This document shows, one piece after another, positions 58,701 to 64,000 of a DNA stretch of 64,000 nt. Positions within the stretch are counted from its first letter, which is position 1. Each line of letters starts with the position of its first letter. The position numbers and the translations under genes are program-made. The stretch comes from Podarcis filfolensis (lineage: Eukaryota), in assembly GCA_964270895.1 (NCBI GenBank), contig OZ185440.1. The stretch is one strand, 5' to 3'. The notes under the pieces are model-generated. The model was not told the DNA's origin, ran no database searches, and saw only the letters and a list, made by a program, of their open reading frames with translations.

Positions 58701-61700
58701 AACCCAGGGAGGAGTGAAGCACTTGCACTCTCCTCTCCAGAAGACCATGCAATCACACTAACCCATGATTTGCCTTAGTGTGATGTGCAAACCAGGCCAC
58801 TGAGTTCTGCACAACAGAGTTCAGTTCCCCCAGCACAATGACAGCTACACATTTGTGACTGGTTTAGCTCAGCTAGAAGATATGTAGGAAAATCTTATGT
58901 TGTACCCATTTAGTAAATGGCTCTTACTATGACCAGAGACTTGGGGCAGATTTCTGCATCGAACGCATTCCACAGAACTGTGCCTTTTTACGTTATCCTT
59001 ACACAAGTTATCCTACTTGCTAGGGAAGCATTTTTCCAGAGGTTTTTATGTCTCAATTAACTGATGCATCTAGGCATTCCATATTAACATCTAATCTATC
59101 CTTCCTGTCTGAAAATCCTGAATACTGCAATTAATATTTGCTCAAACATTTGCTCAAGTTAATCAGCAATGGGAAACCCCAATTTAATAAAATCAGAGGA
59201 TTACAGAATAGTTGAATTCCAGTGGTGGTGGTTGTGCTCAGGTGCTGCTTGTGGGTTTCCCACAGGCATCTGGTTGGCCAATGTAAGAACATGATGCTGG
59301 ACGAGACGGGCCACTGGCATGATCCAGCAGGCTCTGTTGCAATAGTTTCCCTAACTACCGAGTACAATCCCAGGATGGAGCATGCATGTATTAATAAGGT
59401 GGAAAGAACCACGCAAGTCCATCGCCCCACCCCACCCTGGAATACACTTGGCTTTGCATTAGGCAATGTGTTTACACTAAAGGCATGCCCATTAGTGGTT
59501 ACACTGGGAAGTTACACAATAATGAAGCTAGCAGGGAAGGCATAGTTGCCTTGCCATGAGCCTTAGAGCTGAAACTGACTGCTAGCCTTCCATGGTCAGA
59601 GGCAGTAATGCTCAGGAATACCAGTTGCTGGAAACCTCAGAAGAGACCATGCTCTTGCCCCTGGGTGGCCACTGTGAGAACAGGCTGTTGGATCTGATGG
59701 ACTATTGGCTTAGATCCAATAGGCTCTTCTGGTGTTCTTAACCTAGAAAACATGTCCAGGTCTTGTGGGAAGTGAGAGGGAGGAAGGTGACTGCTCTGTC
59801 CCATGTTCAGGATGCACATCCTCCTTCTGCGTATGATGTCCAAAAGCAAGAGGAGTCGTTCAGCTTCCCATCATTCCTTTCAAATGTCTGAAGTGGGCTA
59901 GGTACCAGGCTAAAATGATGAATGTCAACCTTTCACTTGGGACCCTACATGATGCACAAAACCACCAGATCACTTCTATTAGGAAGGCAATTTATACCTG
60001 GTCAGATTATTTCCCCATCTATCCTAGTCCCTTGCCTGACAGCAGCTCTCCAATGTCTCAGACAGATATCTTTCTCATTGTCTGCTACCCAATCCTTTTT
60101 TTTAAGTGAACATGCTGGGGATCAAACCTGGGATGTTCTACATGCAAAGCATGCACACTCTTTTACTGAGCTATGTCCTTTCCATTATTCCAGCCTGCCT
60201 AGTTGCAAGGAAGTGGGTGTTGTCTTAGTAATTTGTTATCTTGGTTTTGCATACATTTTCTGGGTCCTGGGACCAACAATGCTGAAATGCCTCAAGGAAT
60301 TTAACTGTTTAGCCTTGGCCCAGCTTTCCTCATTTTCCAGTGTCTCTGGAAACACAACCAGTTAATGACATCCAAATCTTCCACTGTTGGATTTGGCAAG
60401 AGAAGTGACTCAAGGCAGAGAATCATGAGGAAAGCTTTGTGACATCTCTTCTCCATCCTCCCTTAATTACATGCAGAATCTCAGCACAAAGCAGAGGGAT
60501 CTGGATGACTAGGCACCTCTGGGCTGTGCTTCATTAAAGCACCTCATGCAAATAGCCTCATTAACAGAGAGAGAAAGAGTTGCAGCAATATGGGCTATAA
60601 AAGTCCCATCTTTGAGCCTGCTACCCAAGTTACCAAATCAAAAGTCTCCAATATGGGAGAAGAATTTAGTGCCCATAAAACCTTCCAGAGTTTCACAGGT
60701 TTGTCTATCTTTAACTGCTAATGGGATTTGCTGCTGAGTTAGTTTGATTGCTGCCAGCAAAGCAAACATTATAACCCTGAGCAGTAAGAAGGGGGGGGGG
60801 AATTGGTGTGATGGTGGCATCAGGTGGGACGCTGCACCAGACACTTTTATGAGCTGGGATTTATTGACTGATTTGTACACAATACTTCCTGGGAGCAACA
60901 CCCTTTCAGATCCTCTAGTGCTTTTGTGGCCTTTAATGTTTTTCATCTGCAGGTACTAGGCAAGAGAAGTCACCATTGCTGGTGGGAGAAAAGGTATGTA
61001 TTCCTACCTTCCATTGACTTCTAGTGCATTGCAGGCTGTAGATAAGGCTCACAGGAAAATCTACTACAAAATACTATAATGCTGATAGAACCATAATCTA
61101 CTTAACTTCCCCCTTTTAAACAGAATATTATCCACTACTCTAAGTCTTGCGTAGCTTCCATTCATGTCCAGTAGGGTTTGCCCAACGGAACTTCCTAGAA
61201 AAGCTGGAATATACATTATAACTAAGGATCTGCCCATTAAAAACATACTCACATGAGAAGCATAATGCTTTTTTCTTTTCTTTTTTACCAGCCAGCATAT
61301 GTATATTTTTTATGGACCAGAAAGGCTGGATATCTTGATCCTGAGTGTTCTCTAACAGCTACTGGTCTTCTGTTTGATGTAGGTAAGTTCTCGTAGCATT
61401 TACTTACCAAAGAGGAACTCTGTGAGCTTTACTTCTACACAGACAGGTTTTAGTGTTGGGTTGCAAACTACCCTGACTAATATCAAGGCTTGCATTTTGA
61501 TGGTCAATCTTTTATCTTAAGGCTGCTGCTGCTACAAGCAATGAAGGTCCAATTTCAAATCTCACTGCTGGCCCTACCTGGTTGGGGCTCTCATGCACTC
61601 CCTGCATAATAAAGAACTGAGCTCTTTGCTTGTACATCTGATTTTCATCCCGCCAAAAGCACAAGCAAGTCCTCACCGCATCATGCTAACTGCAGCATCA

Positions 61701-61733
61701 TAACCGATCCTCTCCCAGGAGGTGTCATTTTAC

Positions 61734-61894
61734 CTGGCCTTTCATGTCTTTCATGTTCATTGCATTTTTCATCCCCTTTTTGTCCTTCTTGTTCTTCTTC
61801 TTCTTGCAGCAGCATTTCTTGCAGATGCAAAAGCAACAGGTGAGGATCAGCAGCCCAGCAACTACAGCAATGGCAATCAGGGCCCAAGGCGGCA
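61734..61894 (-). CDS. SYT2: SYT2 transmembrane / cysteine cluster exon ([54 protein letters not shown])
   Basis: TTTTCAG|TG acceptor, CAG|GTAAAA donor; hydrophobic helix, palmitoylation-type Cys cluster, polybasic juxtamembrane segment. Confidence 0.97.
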
Positions 61895-63118
61895 CTGAAA
61901 ATACAAAACACTCTCATTGCACAGTTATAGCGGAATTTACTGGGATGGCCGAGTGCCTGAAATGCAAGCATAGGTCACACTACTCACAACCCAGGAAATT
62001 TATTTAGTTATTCCATGGATAATTAACTTGTACCCTGATTGTTGGGTCCAGGGTTCCAACCAGCACCACTTCTAAAGTCACCTCCATTTTTAATTTTTTT
62101 TTTTTAAAGCATAAAACTAAAAGTAATAATTTGCAATGCTTGCTGAAATGCACGACCTTTTGCTGCATGCCGACAGGCATTCCATTATTTAGATGCCATG
62201 ACTTAAAAGACACCATCCCTACCTGCTGCACTTTTGACCGTGGGTTTTCAGATGTTGACCTGAATACAGGGGCAGCCCTATGCAGCAATGACCATTCCTA
62301 TCCTATGAAAATGCTATGTATAGAACATTTCCTGTCAACAGTTCTGTCATGAGTCTTCTCCTTCCAGGTGGCTTCTTAAATGCTAAAAATCAATATGCTT
62401 TCCATTAAATATAGAGTGTAATTTCTCTCTCTTTTTCTTTTTTAAAAACACAATTATTTTCTTCGTCTCTTTCCTTCTGCAAACCACACATATTTTTCAA
62501 TAAAGCTCTTTTTTTAAAGCAGAAAACCATTCAGTAATGTTCCTGAATAAGGTTGACTAAGTCAGGGATGAGGAACTTGTGGTTCTCCAGATGCTGTTAA
62601 GACTCCAGTTCCTGTCATCCGCAGCCAACATGGTCAATGGTCATGAATGATAGGAATTGCAGTCCAACAATACCTAGAGCAAGTGTGGGGAACTGGATCT
62701 GGTCTGAGGGCCAGAACATCATCTCCTCAACCCCCAGTGGGCCAAACTTGAGCTCTCCAACACCTGATGTTGCAATGACATCAGGTGCCCATTTTAACCC
62801 TTGTGTTCAGCCCACAAAGCACCTACAACATTGCAAAGCCAGAGATTTCCCAATGTTGATTTAGAAGGCCGCATGTTCCCTATCCTTGGCTTAAACACTT
62901 TGGCTTGTACCACAATGATGTCCTGAGTATACATCATTGTCATTTATCCCACAAGTAGTTAATTGCCCACAAGTAGTTTTTTGCCAAGAGGGAATTCAGG
63001 CTTGGTGCCAGCCCAGTCCTTTGCATTCTACAAACAGGTTTAGAAACTGCAGTGATGGAGCAAGCAGAACAGTTCTGCAAAGTTTCCAAAAAAGGGGCAG
63101 CATATGCAAGCTACTTAC

Positions 63119-63329
63119 AGGGAATCTTGTTTATCTCGTTCATGAACTTTTCTTTAATCTTGGCAAAGACATCCTCCTGGCTCTCTACTGGGCCTGAAGG
63201 CTGTGTCGTGTTGTCCATTGACACTGCTGGTGCCACTGTTGTGGTAGGGATATGGGGTGCCGCAGTGCCCGGGGTAACAGCTATGATGGGCTCCGGCTGG
63301 GGCTTCTTCTTGAAGAGGTTCCAAGTCAT
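63119..63329 (-). CDS. SYT2: SYT2 first coding exon, luminal domain (MTWNLFKKKPQPEP...DNTT...QEDVFAKIKEKFMNEINKIP)
   Basis: Acceptor TTTTTTCAG at 63351, 21 nt of 5' UTR, AAG-ATG start, donor T|GTAAGT; N-glycosylation sequon NTT; QED-FAK-KEK--NEINKIP motif. Confidence 0.95.
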
Positions 63330-64000
63330 CTTGGCTACTCTTGAGGGTCACTGAAAAAATATAGGCACAATGATAGTTGCTCTATACTATTTGACAGAGT
63401 ACTAAGAACGACACTGAGAAATAGCTTCTTACATATGATGAAGTAGGCATGGAAGCATTTGTTTATTTCAGCTCATTTTTTTTTAAAAAAAATAGATTAT
63501 TAAAACTGCACTCTTATAACCTTATGAAGGCCCAATGTCCAATGAAGCATGTCAAAACAAGTGCTCCTTAATAATGAAGCAGCCAAACATGTTCCAACTC
63601 TGAATCTTCTTCACTAGCCACATATTTATAATTAGATAAAATGAACACAATTAGTTGTGGTTAGTACCTCAGAGGAACATGCATCTAGTGGCATAGTCCT
63701 AATTCTACCACTTGCACTTAGGTTTTGAAGTCAAAAAGTATCATTAATAGACTGAGAACAAGTCACATCCAAGTGCCTTAAATCCTGCATGAACATGACT
63801 ACAAATGTAAACCTTAAGGAATGCATGCGAAGATTGGTACATGATCAACAGGGCTTTCGCAGAGTCAAAATAGTACTCACATCTCAATTTCTTATTCTAG
63901 TTTTGTCATCAGAAAGCATCATAATAATTTCAAAGAGCATCACTTTTTTCCTGACATGAGATCAGGTCCATCTATCCTTCCCCAAAGCTCTGGGCCAAAT

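Overview
Vertebrate genomic DNA, most likely from a lacertid-type lizard (inferred from a full-length Sauria SINE and the squamate repeat landscape). Two convergent genes fill the window. Plus strand: the 3' part of PPP1R12B (MYPT2). It includes the internal first coding exon of the small myosin phosphatase subunit sm-M20 ([11 protein letters not shown]..., 3372-3473), five shared exons, an alternative C-terminal exon (28190-28324), the leucine-zipper terminal exon (32284-32370) and a ~5.9 kb 3' UTR. The spliced sm-M20 model is 186 aa. Minus strand: the complete 8-exon CDS of SYT2 (synaptotagmin-2, 431 aa, 63329 to 47423) with a ~5.4 kb 3' UTR; its promoter and first exon lie beyond the window end. 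Introns hold Tc1/mariner and hAT MITEs, tRNA-derived SINEs, L2, CR1 and RTE fragments, and microsatellites. The most interesting signal is a possible multi-way C-terminal switch in PPP1R12B. First, a candidate 13/16-nt frameshifting microexon (19761-19776) sits at exactly the position of the MYPT1 exon-24 leucine-zipper switch. Second, the alternative exon at 28190 is a diverged duplicate of the leucine-zipper exon (a zipper swap rather than a loss), preceded by a 139-nt AG-free tract. Further weaker microexon candidates exist. Gene models were read by eye from splice signals and recalled homologue sequences. All novel exons are predictions needing RNA evidence, and TE family names and boundaries are approximate.
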